From Chloropicon primus (lineage: Eukaryota), in contig CP060758.1 of NCBI GenBank assembly GCA_023205875.1, forward strand, positions 1,054,001-1,118,000: DNA of 64,000 nucleotides. Direction: 5' to 3'. This document shows, piece by piece, positions 9,985 to 20,371 of this stretch. The notes under the pieces were generated by a model. That model was not told the origin of the DNA and did not search any database. It was given only the letters and a program-made list of their open reading frames with translations. The translations under genes and the position numbers were made by a program. The first letter of the stretch is position 1; each line of letters begins with the position of its first letter.

Positions 9985-10641
9985 AATGCTGCTGCTGCTG
10001 CTGCTGCTGCAGCGATCAAAGGCAATCGTGCACCACCACCACCAAGACAGGTCTCAGGCTCCCTTTCCTTCAGCGAGCAGAGGTCCTCCTTTCCCTAGTC
10101 TCCAACCGAGATCTCTCCGCTCTCTCTCTCTCTCTCTCTCTCTCCCCCTCCTCAATCAATCGCTCCCCATGCTTGATCTCGTTCTCGTTCTCGTTCTCGT
10201 TCTCGTTCTCGTTCTCGTTGCTGGTGTGTTTGGTGTTTGGTGTATTTCTTCTCGCGCGCGTTCCCCTGTGGAGCAAAGTATCGTGTATCGTGTCGTCGTC
10301 TCCTCTTGCCTTCCCTCCCTCCGTCCCACCCCCAAGTCGTCGTCCGAATCGGTCGATGAAGGTATGTTTGGAAAGAGTCGAGTGGAGAGATACCTGTTCG
10401 ATCGTTTCGTTCGGTTCGTTCTCCTCTCCCCTCCGACTGGACTTTCCTCGTCTCTTGCTGCGATCAAACGCGCGTCCCTCTCCCCTCCTTGGTCGCAGCT
10501 TTGTGTTTCTGTCTCGTCGTGTCGTGCGTTACTATGGATGAGTGTATTGTGTTTACACCTTATTTTGGTTCCCCCCAACCACCAATCACAACTCACCTCA
10601 TCCAGAGCACCAGATCTGGAGCCACAAGCCGCGACCACGAC

Positions 10642-10675
<34 letters not shown>

Positions 10676-10920
10676 AGGACGGCGACGAGGACCACGACGA
10701 CGACCACGACGAGGAGAAGGAGGACTTCTGTCGAGAAGGAAGGAGGAACGATCGATCGAGGCGTAGGTGGAGGCAGGTGGGGGACGGGACGGGACGGGAC
10801 GGGACGTGGGCATCGGATTGGATAAGGACACGGACCCTTGGGGGGGGGGAAGACGGGGTGGGTGGGTGGGGTGTGAGACGAGAGAGGTTGTGACGGAAGG
10901 ACGTCTGGAGGGTTCGAGGG

Positions 10921-13905
10921 ATGGAGAGAGGGAGGGTGAGGAGTGCGGTGGGAACGCCCAAGGGCCTCGGAGTGAGTGCAGGGCTGAGGAGGGGAAGGGA
11001 AAACAGGAGGAGGATGTTGAGGAGGGCAGGGGGGTGCGCGAGGGTGGGGACGAGCCAGGGCCAGGGCCAGGGCAGGTGCACCGCGAGGACTGCGACCGCG
11101 GCTCCTCTGTTGCCGGAGAGGAGGGGGGGGGTTGGGAAGGGGAGGGGAACGAGGACGAGGGTAGCGGCCGTGCAGGAAGTCGTGGGGCAGCTGAGTGACG
11201 CCTGGAGCGTGGGGACGGCAAACGGGTTGCCTCCTCAGCTGGAGGGGATCGAGACGCAGCTCTTCCAGGCGTCCCTTCTTCCGGAGCTCCTGTACTTGTG
11301 GTTCCTGTCCCGCCCGGAGGCGAAGACGCCTCCGCTGGCGAACACGGGGGCTCGCATGCTCCTCCTCTTCGTCTTCGCTACGATACCCGCAGGCATCGCC
11401 GCCAAGGTGCAGTTCGGGGACACTTTGGCGAACGTGGACGTGCTCCACGGGACGAGCGAGTCGCTGCTGACGTTCTCCAACCTGGTTCTGGCTTTGGGTT
11501 TCTCGCGCGCCTTGTTCACCGTGGATGGGGAGGGGAAGGAGCTCGATTTGGGGGCCTTTCCTGCCAAGGGCATCGCCAAGTTCGTTGGCCTCATCGCCGG
11601 GGTTTGCGGCCTTGGCTTCCTGGCCTCGAACCTCTTGATCGACTCGTCCACGCTGGACATGGAGCCCAGCAACGCCTTGTCCCTGCCCACGTGGGCGGTC
11701 CACGTGTCCTCGGTGGCGGAGTGGACGCTCGCGACTTCGCTGGTTTGGAAGTTTGCGGAGAAGTCGGGCAACCAGGCCTGGAAGGGCTTGAGCGTGGCGA
11801 TGTGCCTGAACTTGCTCAACGCCTACACCCCTTGCACGTGGCACGCCTTTTACAACTCCCCGGCCATCGGCGCCCTCGTGCCGTTGCAGGCCTTGCTGAC
11901 CCTGACCGGGTCCTCGGCGAGGGCCTTTGCCGCGTACCGCGTCTGCGAGGAGGGAAAGAGGCTGGAGGCTCAGCCGGAGGCCCAGGCCAACACGACGGAC
12001 AAGGAGAGTTCTTCTTCTTCTTCTTCTTCTTCTTCTTCTGGAGGATTTGACGAGGGCGGCTTCCTGGTCAAGCTCGCCCTCTTCGCGGGAGTGGGGGCGT
12101 TCGGCATCAAGTACGGCGAGCTCTTGGCCCCAGACTTTTTCATGGACCCGAGCTACGTCAAGGCCCTCGCCTTGATTTTGCTCCCGACGGCCGCCACCGC
12201 GGCCCTCATTACCAACGGCGGGGATGGCAACAAGCCCAAGCTGTCCATGGCCGATGTCAAGAGCTTTGGCGTGGCGGGAACGGTGTCCTACATCATCACC
12301 GAGCTGGCGTTTTGGGCCGTGGCATTCCCACTGGCTTTCAGCTGGTATCGCGTGGCGGAGGGAAGCTGGCTGGACCTGAGCAACGCGGCGGACAAGGCCA
12401 AGCTCCTTGGTGCCGGGACGGTCTTCATCAACGGCGTGAGGCTGTTGGTTCCCCTGCGCCTGGCGGCCGCCTTGGCCCTGGCCCCCACCGTGGAGAAGGG
12501 GCTGAAGGGACTGGGAGTCGACCTGAAGAAGAGCGAGGACGGGGAGAGCGAGAGCAGCGATGCCCCAGCGCCAGGCTCGAAGAACTTTGAGGGGGAGTGG
12601 GCCGACAGCGCGGAGGTTGACAATGAGAAGACCTTCTCATTCACCCAGCTCGCGAAGAACTTGGCTGGCTTTCAGAAGAACAGGGATCCGGAGGGCCCCC
12701 CTCTGGGAGGTCCATCGGGTCTGGAGGACCTGTCGAGCAGGCTGCCGGACTGTCCCAAGACCAGGTGGGACTCTGATGGCGTGGACATCGATGCCGTTCA
12801 GAAGCAGTACCAGGAGGAGGACATCCCGGACATCTTGACCATCAACGCCAAGGAATCCATCACAGGGGACGAGGAGGAGTGGCTGAGGTCGAACAGGGAG
12901 GATCTCAAGAAGAAGCTGCTGAAGCACGGGGCCATTCTGATCAAGGGAATGGAGACGAGCAAGAGCGGCGCGGGCTTCAGGAGGGTGTACGAGGCCCTGG
13001 ACCTGGATGTGTGCCTCGACCCCATCCACACGTCTGGCCTGAGAAAGTTCGCCATCGAGCAGGACGGGATCTACGAGGAGGTGAACAAGCCAGGCCTCAG
13101 GCAGCACTACATTGGCTTGCACAACGAGTCCACCACGAACAGGACGGCTGCGTTTGGGGCATTCGTTTGTTTCCTCCCGGCCACCGAGGGCGGGGGGGAC
13201 TTCTTCGTCGCCGACGGGAAGAAGATTCTGAGGGACATAGACCCCAAGGTGCTCAAGGAGCTGTACGACAAGAAGATCCGCATCTCTGTGTCGAACCTTG
13301 ACTTTTTCAAGCCCATCATCGAGAACCGCAACTTGTTCGGGGACTTTGACAAGGAGGTTCTGGTGCCCAGGGCCAAGGAGGACCTGGCCAAGGCCATCGG
13401 CAGCACCGTGGCCCCCAAGTTCGACATGGACCTCGAGATGGTCTGGGGGGCCGACGGCGCGAACGACGGGTACCGCCTGCAAGCCATCGAGCTGCCGGAG
13501 ACGCCCATCAACAGGCACCCCATCACGAAGGAGCCCGTCTGGTTCTGCAACATGCACAACCACTCGAGGTTCCTCAGGGACAACAGGCCCTGCACCGTGC
13601 CGGAGGTGGGCATGACGGAGACCTTCTTCGGGGACCTCTCCGCGATCCCGGAGAACGTCTTGGAGGAGGTCGACCGCGCCTCGAGGAAGAACATCGTCCC
13701 CACGCCGATGCAGGCGGGAGACGTCCTCCTGGTGGACAACTACAGGATGCTGCACGGGAGGGACATTTTCCAGGGGGATAGGCTGCACGCCGTGAGCTGG
13801 TTCACTTGGCCGGAGGAGGCCAACATCAAGGAGGCCGTCTCCAACACCAGCGAAGGAAACAACTTGAACAAAATCTTGAACAAGTACGTGGACTCTTTGA
13901 AGTAG
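10921..13905 (+). CDS. Plastid membrane fusion protein: DUF3593 + DUF2499 (Ycf49-like) + extra TM module + TauD/clavaminate-synthase-like Fe/2OG dioxygenase
   Basis: FVFATIPAG...LANVDVLHGxSESLLT (DUF3593-like); EPSNALSLPTWAVHVSSVAEW (DUF2499-like); GVAGTVSYIITELAFW...VRLLVPLRLA (DUF1279/FAM210-like); IGLHNE and GDVLLVDNYRMLHGR (HxE...H Fe ligands). One uninterrupted 994-aa ORF. Confidence 0.75.
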   Translation: MERGRVRSAVGTPKGLGVSAGLRRGRENRRRMLRRAGGCARVGTSQGQGQGRCTARTATAAPLLPERRGGVGKGRGTRTRVAAVQEVVGQLSDAWSVGTANGLPPQLEGIETQLFQASLLPELLYLWFLSRPEAKTPPLANTGARMLLLFVFATIPAGIAAKVQFGDTLANVDVLHGTSESLLTFSNLVLALGFSRALFTVDGEGKELDLGAFPAKGIAKFVGLIAGVCGLGFLASNLLIDSSTLDMEPSNALSLPTWAVHVSSVAEWTLATSLVWKFAEKSGNQAWKGLSVAMCLNLLNAYTPCTWHAFYNSPAIGALVPLQALLTLTGSSARAFAAYRVCEEGKRLEAQPEAQANTTDKESSSSSSSSSSSGGFDEGGFLVKLALFAGVGAFGIKYGELLAPDFFMDPSYVKALALILLPTAATAALITNGGDGNKPKLSMADVKSFGVAGTVSYIITELAFWAVAFPLAFSWYRVAEGSWLDLSNAADKAKLLGAGTVFINGVRLLVPLRLAAALALAPTVEKGLKGLGVDLKKSEDGESESSDAPAPGSKNFEGEWADSAEVDNEKTFSFTQLAKNLAGFQKNRDPEGPPLGGPSGLEDLSSRLPDCPKTRWDSDGVDIDAVQKQYQEEDIPDILTINAKESITGDEEEWLRSNREDLKKKLLKHGAILIKGMETSKSGAGFRRVYEALDLDVCLDPIHTSGLRKFAIEQDGIYEEVNKPGLRQHYIGLHNESTTNRTAAFGAFVCFLPATEGGGDFFVADGKKILRDIDPKVLKELYDKKIRISVSNLDFFKPIIENRNLFGDFDKEVLVPRAKEDLAKAIGSTVAPKFDMDLEMVWGADGANDGYRLQAIELPETPINRHPITKEPVWFCNMHNHSRFLRDNRPCTVPEVGMTETFFGDLSAIPENVLEEVDRASRKNIVPTPMQAGDVLLVDNYRMLHGRDIFQGDRLHAVSWFTWPEEANIKEAVSNTSEGNNLNKILNKYVDSLK

Positions 13906-14086
13906 CCCAAGCACACAAGTTTTCCAATCCACCATTTTATAACACCATCCATAATCCTTTCGTTGTTTCGTCGTTTCCATGTGTTTCATGTGTCTCTTCT
14001 CGCAACGTTCCCCTCCTCCCCGAGAGGATTCCCGATTGATTCGCCCAGGCTCAGGGAAGGTTATCTCTTCAAAGGAGAAGGGGACG

Positions 14087-14803
14087 ATGGCGATGGCGCG
14101 AGGGGTCGCGAGGGGCCTGCGGGGGGGTGAGACGCAATGGGTGGGACGATGCCGGAGGTGGGACTATGACCGGAAGGGAACGACGGCCTTGGCCTCGGGG
14201 GCGGCCTTGGCCAAGACGCGGCGCCTGGGGAACGGAAACAAGAACAAGAACAAGGACGACCACGCCTCTTCCTCTTCGCGGCGGGGGGGGGGACACGCGA
14301 GGACGAACTCCGCGAGGGGGGCGAGGACTGGGTGGAGGGGGAGCGTCGCGGCTCGCGCGTCCCCGCCCGTGGTCCTGTGGTCCAACCCCGTCTTCAAGGC
14401 CGGGTTCATCGGGTGGGTATTGGCCCAGGTGCTGAAGGTCGCCACCTCGTACCTCACGACTCGCGAGCTGAGCTGGCGGCCCTTGTTCGACTCGGGCGGG
14501 ATGCCCTCCTCCCACTCGTCACTTTGCGTGGCATTCACCACCGCGGTGGCGGTGATCCACGGCCTCGGATCGTCCATCTTCGCCGCGTGCCTGGGATTCA
14601 GTTGCATTGTGATGTACGACGCGGCGAACGTGAGGCTGCAAGCGGGAAAGCACGCTCAGATCCTGAACAAGGTCGTGGAGCAGTCCGACTGGCTGGACGA
14701 GGGCTTGAGGAGCTTCAAGCTCAAGGAGGTGCTGGGACACACCAAAACTCAGGTGTTTGCGGGGGCCTTCTTGGGCATAGCAGTGGGTCTTCTCGTGAGG
14801 TGA
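14087..14803 (+). CDS. DUF212 / divergent PAP2-family membrane protein (YuiD-like)
   Basis: GGMPSSHS, MYDAANVRLQAGKHAQILN, EVLGHTKTQVFAG; transit-peptide-like N-terminus; ATG 14087. Confidence 0.9.
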   Translation: MAMARGVARGLRGGETQWVGRCRRWDYDRKGTTALASGAALAKTRRLGNGNKNKNKDDHASSSSRRGGGHARTNSARGARTGWRGSVAARASPPVVLWSNPVFKAGFIGWVLAQVLKVATSYLTTRELSWRPLFDSGGMPSSHSSLCVAFTTAVAVIHGLGSSIFAACLGFSCIVMYDAANVRLQAGKHAQILNKVVEQSDWLDEGLRSFKLKEVLGHTKTQVFAGAFLGIAVGLLVR

Positions 14804-14981
14804 CGACGTCGACGCGAGAACACGGCGGACGGAGGAGAGGAGCCGCGGGACAAACGGGTGAGCAGGAGCAAGTCTCTCTCTCTCTCTCTCTACTAAAAGA
14901 ATAAGAACCAGTCTCCCGGTTGTGTAAAGTATCACTTGGTTTGTTCAGCGAAGCGAGCCCGCCTCCAGCGCTCAACACGTT

Positions 14982-15672
14982 TCACCTTTCGACGCCGTCC
15001 TGCTTGTCCATGGACTCGGACAGCTCGTTGGCCGACTGGATGGCCTGGTAGAAGAGGTAACCGCTCAACGGAAGGCCCGTGAAGACGAAGATTCCCAGGA
15101 TCGGCTTGTACAGGAAATTCGTCGGGGGGATGACGCTGAAGATGGGATTCTGGTACGTGTACTCGAAGATCGAGGCAATCTTGAAAGAGCGGAGAGCGTT
15201 GCGTCAGACTCGAGACCTTGCACGCGTCACCTTCAAGCTCAACCGCGACACAGTGAGCCGCGTCCGTCGGGTGCTCCCCTTCGTGGTTCTTGCTTACCGC
15301 AGCTATGGCAATGATCCCAGAGGCCAGGAGGTAGACTCCAAAAGGCAGCTTCCCGTCCTGCTCCTTGAGCTCCTTCTCCTGCTCCCTCCTGATCCAAACC
15401 GGCGTCTCCTCCTCTCCCGCCGAGGTGCTCGGCCCCTCCCCCTCCCCCTTCGCCTCGACCTTGCGCCCCCTCCCCTTGGCATCCCTCTGCAGGAGCACCA
15501 GGTGCACGGTGGTGCCGCTCCTCCTCCCCCTCGCCTTCCTCCCTTCCTCCCCCCTCGTCCCCCCAGGAACCCTCCTCCCTCCTGTCCCGCTCCTCCTCCC
15601 CACCCCCACCCCCGCTCTCGCCCTCGTCCTCGCCCTCGTCCTCGTCGCGCTCACCCTCGCCATCGTCGCCAT
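14982..15672 (-). CDS. Small 2-TM plastid-type membrane protein; exons 15672-15298 and 15179-14982
   Basis: Removing a GTAAG...CAAG intron (15297-15180) joins PFGVYLLASGIIAIAA to IASIFEYTYQNPIFSVIPPTNFLYKPILGIFVFTGLPLSGYLFYQAIQSANELSESMDKQDGVER*. Arg-rich transit-like N-terminus. Confidence 0.75.
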
Positions 15673-16137
15673 CCTCAGCCAAGATCTTCCTTCTTATCCT
15701 TTCGGAAAGGCGGGAGCGGAGCTCTGCTCTGCCATGGCCAATCCATGGTGGATGGTGAGGAGGAGGAGGAGGGGGGGGAGACACCACGAGGAGAGGGTTA
15801 TCCGACCACGCACTCGTCCAGGAAACCTTGCCCTGTCGTGCCTGCGTTAATAATGGATGGATGGATGGATGGATGGATGGAACAAACACAACTTGCCAAC
15901 GACGACGACGACCGGCCAAGGTACCAAGGTACAATGACTTCATTCGTGATCCTCTCGATGGCGGAACCAGACAAAAGGCCGAGGGAGAATGCCGATGGCA
16001 CGGTTTCGTGTCCTCCCCCCCCCGGGCTGCTCTGGCCCTGCTTGTGTCCTCCCCCCCTGCCTCGATGCGATGCGATGCTGGTTTTCTTCAAAAAAGGGAA
16101 AGGTTCGCGCCTTCAGAGACAGCCAGAGAGGAGCGCC

Positions 16138-18732
16138 ATGGTGGGGGTCGAGGTCGAGGAGGGGGAGAGGGTGGTGGTGGGGAGGGAGGGGAAGGGGAAG
16201 GGGAAGGGGGAGGGGGAGGGGGACAGGATGAGGGTCACGCCGCACGAGGTGGTGCTCTGCGCTTTGAGCCTCGTGTACTGCAACCAGAACGCGCAGTTCG
16301 TCCTAAGGCAGGCGCAGAGCAACGTGGGTGTGGACATGGGGGGCATGGGGATGGAGGAGGACGGCTTCGAGGACGACCAGGCGGCGGCGGAGGTCGTGGG
16401 AAGGATCGAGGAGGTCGTGGAGGGACTGCCGAAGAGCCAGGGGAAGGCCCTCGCCGTCGGCCTGCCGCTGTCCGCTGGGGCTTTGGACTCCCTCTGCGAC
16501 TTCGTCCTGAGGAGGATCACCGCGGCGGGGGCGGGGCGGCAGGGGTCGAGGGGCGGCGTCGGGAGGTCCCGTCGCGCCGGAGACTTGCGCGTGGGCTTGG
16601 AGGAAGCCTTGGGGCAGGACGAGGGCGAAGAGGTCGCGAGAGCTCTCGAGTTCTTCCTCCAATCCATAGACACGCCGGACGACCTGAACATGTTCTTCGT
16701 GCAGATCCACAAGCTCGTCTGGCAGGACCGTAACCCGCAGGAGGGGGGAGCCGGGAACTTCCAGTCCTCCGGGGGGTCGAGGTGCGCGGTGGAGCCCCAC
16801 TCCCTGCTCGGGGTCTTCCTGCGAGAGTGCTGCGCGGCCTTTGAGTTGCTCTCTTTCGAGGGCGTGGGCCGGCTGCTCGGGAGGGTGAGGGCGTTCCAGG
16901 GGCCGCAGGATCATCACGACGTGCCCGCGACCCCTTCCCCGGTGGCGCCGCCCCGGCGGGAGGCGGCGGACGTGGCCAGGGACACTGGCGCTCTGCTGAG
17001 GACTTTCCTCCTCGACGTCCAGCGCAGGGACTACTACTCGGCCCTGAGCTCCCTGCACACCTACTTCGACTACTCTGCGGGGACGCACCAGGGGCTGGCG
17101 CAGGTGGACACCAGGTTGGGAAACTTTGAGCACGCGACTCTGGAGATGGCTCAGCTCCACATGAAGTTCGGACACATGCGGGAGGGCATCAAGGCCCTGG
17201 AGGAGACCCTCCGAAGCAGCCAGCAAAACACGAACCACATCTGCCTGATCCACTCGCTGGCTCTGATGTGCCAGGTCCTCGCCACGCCAGAGTACTGCTT
17301 CAATCAGAGCAAGCTTGCGTCGAGGATCATGGCATCGGATGCGGGCTTTTTGTACATCCTGAACGACTCAAACAGGAAGCACCTCAACTCTTTGCTGTAC
17401 CACTGCCTCCAGAGGGCCCGGTCCCTGAAGCTGCCCCACATCGAGGCTTTCGCCTGCGCGGAGATGATGAAGCAGAAGCTTCTGTGCTCGCCCAACACCG
17501 CCAAGGCCTCCGAAGAGCTCGAGAAGATGGGCAAGCTCCTCGACGAGATCTTGTACGTGGTGAACAACGAGAGCGCGGAGACGGACTGCGGGAGCGCCGC
17601 CCTTGAGGACCTCGGGCTCGAATTCAACAGCAAGCTCTCTCTCTACTCGGACATCCTGGGCAACAGGGAGATGCTGAGGGCGGGGCCCGGGTCGGTGAAG
17701 GACCTGGTGAAGGACCTCGTGACGACCCTCCAGCTCCTGCAGGTGACGAGGTGGGAGACAAAGGGCTGCAGGGACTACGCCATCAGCCTCGCTCAGAAGG
17801 TCTTGCCGAGGCCGGGCCACAGCAACAGAGATGCCGCTCTCGTGCTGCTGACCTCGTACACCCTCCTGCAGAGGGGGATCGGGGCGGCCGAGGAGACCCT
17901 GGAGCAGTCCAGGAGGCAGGACGAGGAGGAAGGGGGGGCGCTTAGGTTGAAGAGCAAGCACTTTCGGAAAGCAGAGCTCTTGGTGGAGTTCCACCGGTGC
18001 ATGTTCATCGGGCTGTACAGGGGGGCGAGCGAGGCCGCTGCAAAGGTTGCTCTGCTTTGCACGGCGAACCAGATGTTCGACGTGGCCATCTTCGTCGAGG
18101 CGCAGCGCTTGAAGTTCGCTGCCCTGCTCGAGGCGGGGGAGCACGAGGGGGCCAAGGACGCGGTGGATATGGCCTTCCAGGTGGCCTTCAAGTCTGGGCT
18201 CAGGGGCCAGTGCCTGCAGTGCTTGCTCCAGTACGGGAGACTTTACCTGGCCACCGGAAACGCGCAGGCCGCACTTCCGTACGTTCTCAGCGCGTACTGG
18301 CAGAGCAAGAGCGTGGAGATGGACGTGACGTTCTACAACTCGGTCTACCTGCTGGCCCACGCCTGGAAGCTGCAGGGCGGCTCCATGGTCCGCAGGGCGA
18401 TCGACCTGCTGAGGAAGCACCTCTCCTCCATCGTCTCCAAGTGCAGTTTGGAGGTCCAGGGCAGGGCCCACCTGCTTCTCTCCCGGTGTCTCCTCCTGGA
18501 CGGGGAGAGATCCAAGCAGGACGCCCTCGACCACTTGGGTCTGGCCTCCAAGGCGTTTGCCACCCTGGGTCACAGGGTCCTGCACAGGGAAGCCCTGTAC
18601 GTTACCGCCCACGCCTGCCAGCTCTACGGGATGATCCAAGAGAGAGACGAAGCGTCGAGGCACTTCAGGCAACTCCACGAGGTCGCAGAACATCACCCGG
18701 CACGGACACCGTCCGTCGTAACTGTCCTATAA
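16138..18732 (+). CDS. APC5: Anaphase-promoting complex subunit 5
   Basis: RDYYSALSSLHTYFDYSAG motif, SLLGVFLREC...FELLSFEG segment and TPR-like C-terminal half. Start ATG inferred. Confidence 0.8.
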   Translation: MVGVEVEEGERVVVGREGKGKGKGEGEGDRMRVTPHEVVLCALSLVYCNQNAQFVLRQAQSNVGVDMGGMGMEEDGFEDDQAAAEVVGRIEEVVEGLPKSQGKALAVGLPLSAGALDSLCDFVLRRITAAGAGRQGSRGGVGRSRRAGDLRVGLEEALGQDEGEEVARALEFFLQSIDTPDDLNMFFVQIHKLVWQDRNPQEGGAGNFQSSGGSRCAVEPHSLLGVFLRECCAAFELLSFEGVGRLLGRVRAFQGPQDHHDVPATPSPVAPPRREAADVARDTGALLRTFLLDVQRRDYYSALSSLHTYFDYSAGTHQGLAQVDTRLGNFEHATLEMAQLHMKFGHMREGIKALEETLRSSQQNTNHICLIHSLALMCQVLATPEYCFNQSKLASRIMASDAGFLYILNDSNRKHLNSLLYHCLQRARSLKLPHIEAFACAEMMKQKLLCSPNTAKASEELEKMGKLLDEILYVVNNESAETDCGSAALEDLGLEFNSKLSLYSDILGNREMLRAGPGSVKDLVKDLVTTLQLLQVTRWETKGCRDYAISLAQKVLPRPGHSNRDAALVLLTSYTLLQRGIGAAEETLEQSRRQDEEEGGALRLKSKHFRKAELLVEFHRCMFIGLYRGASEAAAKVALLCTANQMFDVAIFVEAQRLKFAALLEAGEHEGAKDAVDMAFQVAFKSGLRGQCLQCLLQYGRLYLATGNAQAALPYVLSAYWQSKSVEMDVTFYNSVYLLAHAWKLQGGSMVRRAIDLLRKHLSSIVSKCSLEVQGRAHLLLSRCLLLDGERSKQDALDHLGLASKAFATLGHRVLHREALYVTAHACQLYGMIQERDEASRHFRQLHEVAEHHPARTPSVVTVL

Positions 18733-18842
18733 TGCATCACATCATTCATATCACATCATCATATCACATCTGATCAGCCGCCTCGTTGGTGCCGAGTTGG
18801 CACGAACCAAAAACCCTTTTTCCTGCTCGGCGATCGATCGTC

Positions 18843-20201
18843 ATGTACAGAGCACTGGGAGGTCTGTTGCGACAACAAAGGAAGGTTACAGGTACTGCGT
18901 CCGCCGCACTTTTCCACAACACAAGCAAGACTTGTGGTTTCCCTCTTCCTCAACAAACACAAACACCGGTGCTCGTTTCTGCTTGTTCCATTCTCAACAC
19001 TGGAAAGGTTTTCTCCACCGATACGATGGCCAAGGACGAGATCAGGAAGGGCCTCGTGGGCGTGATCGCGGACAAGAGCGCCGTGTCGACCGTGGGAAGG
19101 AAGGACGTGGGGCTCACGTACCGTGGGTACAGGATCGAGGACCTCGCGAGGGAGTGCTCCTTCGAGCAGGTTCTCTGGTTGCTCACACGCGGGGCCTTGC
19201 CTACTCCGGACGAGCTCCAGCAGCTTCAGAAGAGGCTCGTCGCCGCTAGGAGGCTCCCGGACGAGGTCAAGACCTGCCTGGAGCAGATGCCGGCGACGGC
19301 TCACCCCATGGACGTTCTCCGCACGGGTTGCTCGGTCCTCGGCACGTTGGAGCCTGAATTGGTGGACAACGTCAGGATGACCAAGGAGCACGAGGACGTG
19401 ATCCGCATCGGAGAGAGGCTCACCGGAAGCTTTGGCCCAATGATTTGCTACTGGTACCACTTCCACCAGAGCGGCGAGAGGCTTGACATCGAGAGTTACC
19501 TGGAGGACGACGACTCCTTGAGCCAGGTCTTCCTCAAGCTGCTCTTCAAGTCCGCGGCCAAGCCTGACGCGCTCCACAACAAGGTCGTGGACACCAGTTA
19601 CATCCTTTACGCTGAGCACGATTTCGCGGCGTCCACTTTTGCGTCTCGCGTGACCGCTTCCACAATGTCCGACGTCTACTCCTGCATCTCCACCGCCATC
19701 GGGACGCTGAGGGGCAACCTTCACGGAGGGGCCAACGAGGCCGTGATGCACTTCCTGGAGGACCTCAACAACGAGCAGGAGGCCGCTGACATGGTGAACT
19801 CCAAGCTGTCCAAGAAGGAGGTGATCATGGGCTTTGGGCACAGAATCTACAAGAATGGCGACCCAAGGAACGCCGTCTTCAAGGACCTCTCCCACCAGTT
19901 GAGCCAAAAGCCTGAGGGCAAGCCACACCTCTACGCCATCTCACAGCATATCGAGGGCATGATGGAGAACCTCAAGGGAATGTACGCCAACGCGGACTTT
20001 TACGCCGCATCCGCCTACCACCAGGTCGGCATCCCAACCTACCTCTTCACCCCTCTCTTCGTCGTTGCAAGAACTTCGGGATGGATCGCTCACATTGTGG
20101 AGCAGAGGAGCCAGAACAGGATCATCCGTCCATCGAGCGCCTACATCGGGCCCGCTGAGAGGGACCTCCCCTCCGGCGGCTTCGTCAAGTCCAAGCTCTG
20201 A
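18843..20201 (+). CDS. prpC: 2-methylcitrate synthase / citrate synthase, PrpC type, with mitochondrial-type presequence
   Basis: LTYRGYRIEDLA, ILYAEHDFAASTFASRV, LHGGANEAVM, IMGFGHRIYKNGDPRN, LFTPLFVVARTSGWIAH, IIRPSSAYIGP; Arg-rich N-terminus MYRALGGLLRQQRK. Confidence 0.8.
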   Translation: MYRALGGLLRQQRKVTGTASAALFHNTSKTCGFPLPQQTQTPVLVSACSILNTGKVFSTDTMAKDEIRKGLVGVIADKSAVSTVGRKDVGLTYRGYRIEDLARECSFEQVLWLLTRGALPTPDELQQLQKRLVAARRLPDEVKTCLEQMPATAHPMDVLRTGCSVLGTLEPELVDNVRMTKEHEDVIRIGERLTGSFGPMICYWYHFHQSGERLDIESYLEDDDSLSQVFLKLLFKSAAKPDALHNKVVDTSYILYAEHDFAASTFASRVTASTMSDVYSCISTAIGTLRGNLHGGANEAVMHFLEDLNNEQEAADMVNSKLSKKEVIMGFGHRIYKNGDPRNAVFKDLSHQLSQKPEGKPHLYAISQHIEGMMENLKGMYANADFYAASAYHQVGIPTYLFTPLFVVARTSGWIAHIVEQRSQNRIIRPSSAYIGPAERDLPSGGFVKSKL

Positions 20202-20371
20202 GTGAGAGGAAGAGTGGGTCGATCGCCCGCGCGGCGTGTTTGCTGTGGGAGGATCAACAATTCAGACAATGAATGATATTTATTTGCGATTTTCTTCATT
20301 TATTCACACACCAAGAACTCCAGTTGCCCCTCCTCGAGCCCTTTCCTCGAAACGAAAGAAAAAAAATGAAT

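Noticed and set aside
9986..10920. Overlapping ORFs in the patatin/fusion-gene intergenic region
   Set aside because: Made of microsatellites ((CT)n, (GTTCTC)n, (GAC)n) with no coding signature; more likely promoter, UTR or UTR intron.
15079..16137. N-terminal 353-aa extension of the APC5 ORF
   Set aside because: Non-ATG start, overlaps the antisense 14982-15672 gene and runs through microsatellite-rich intergenic DNA.
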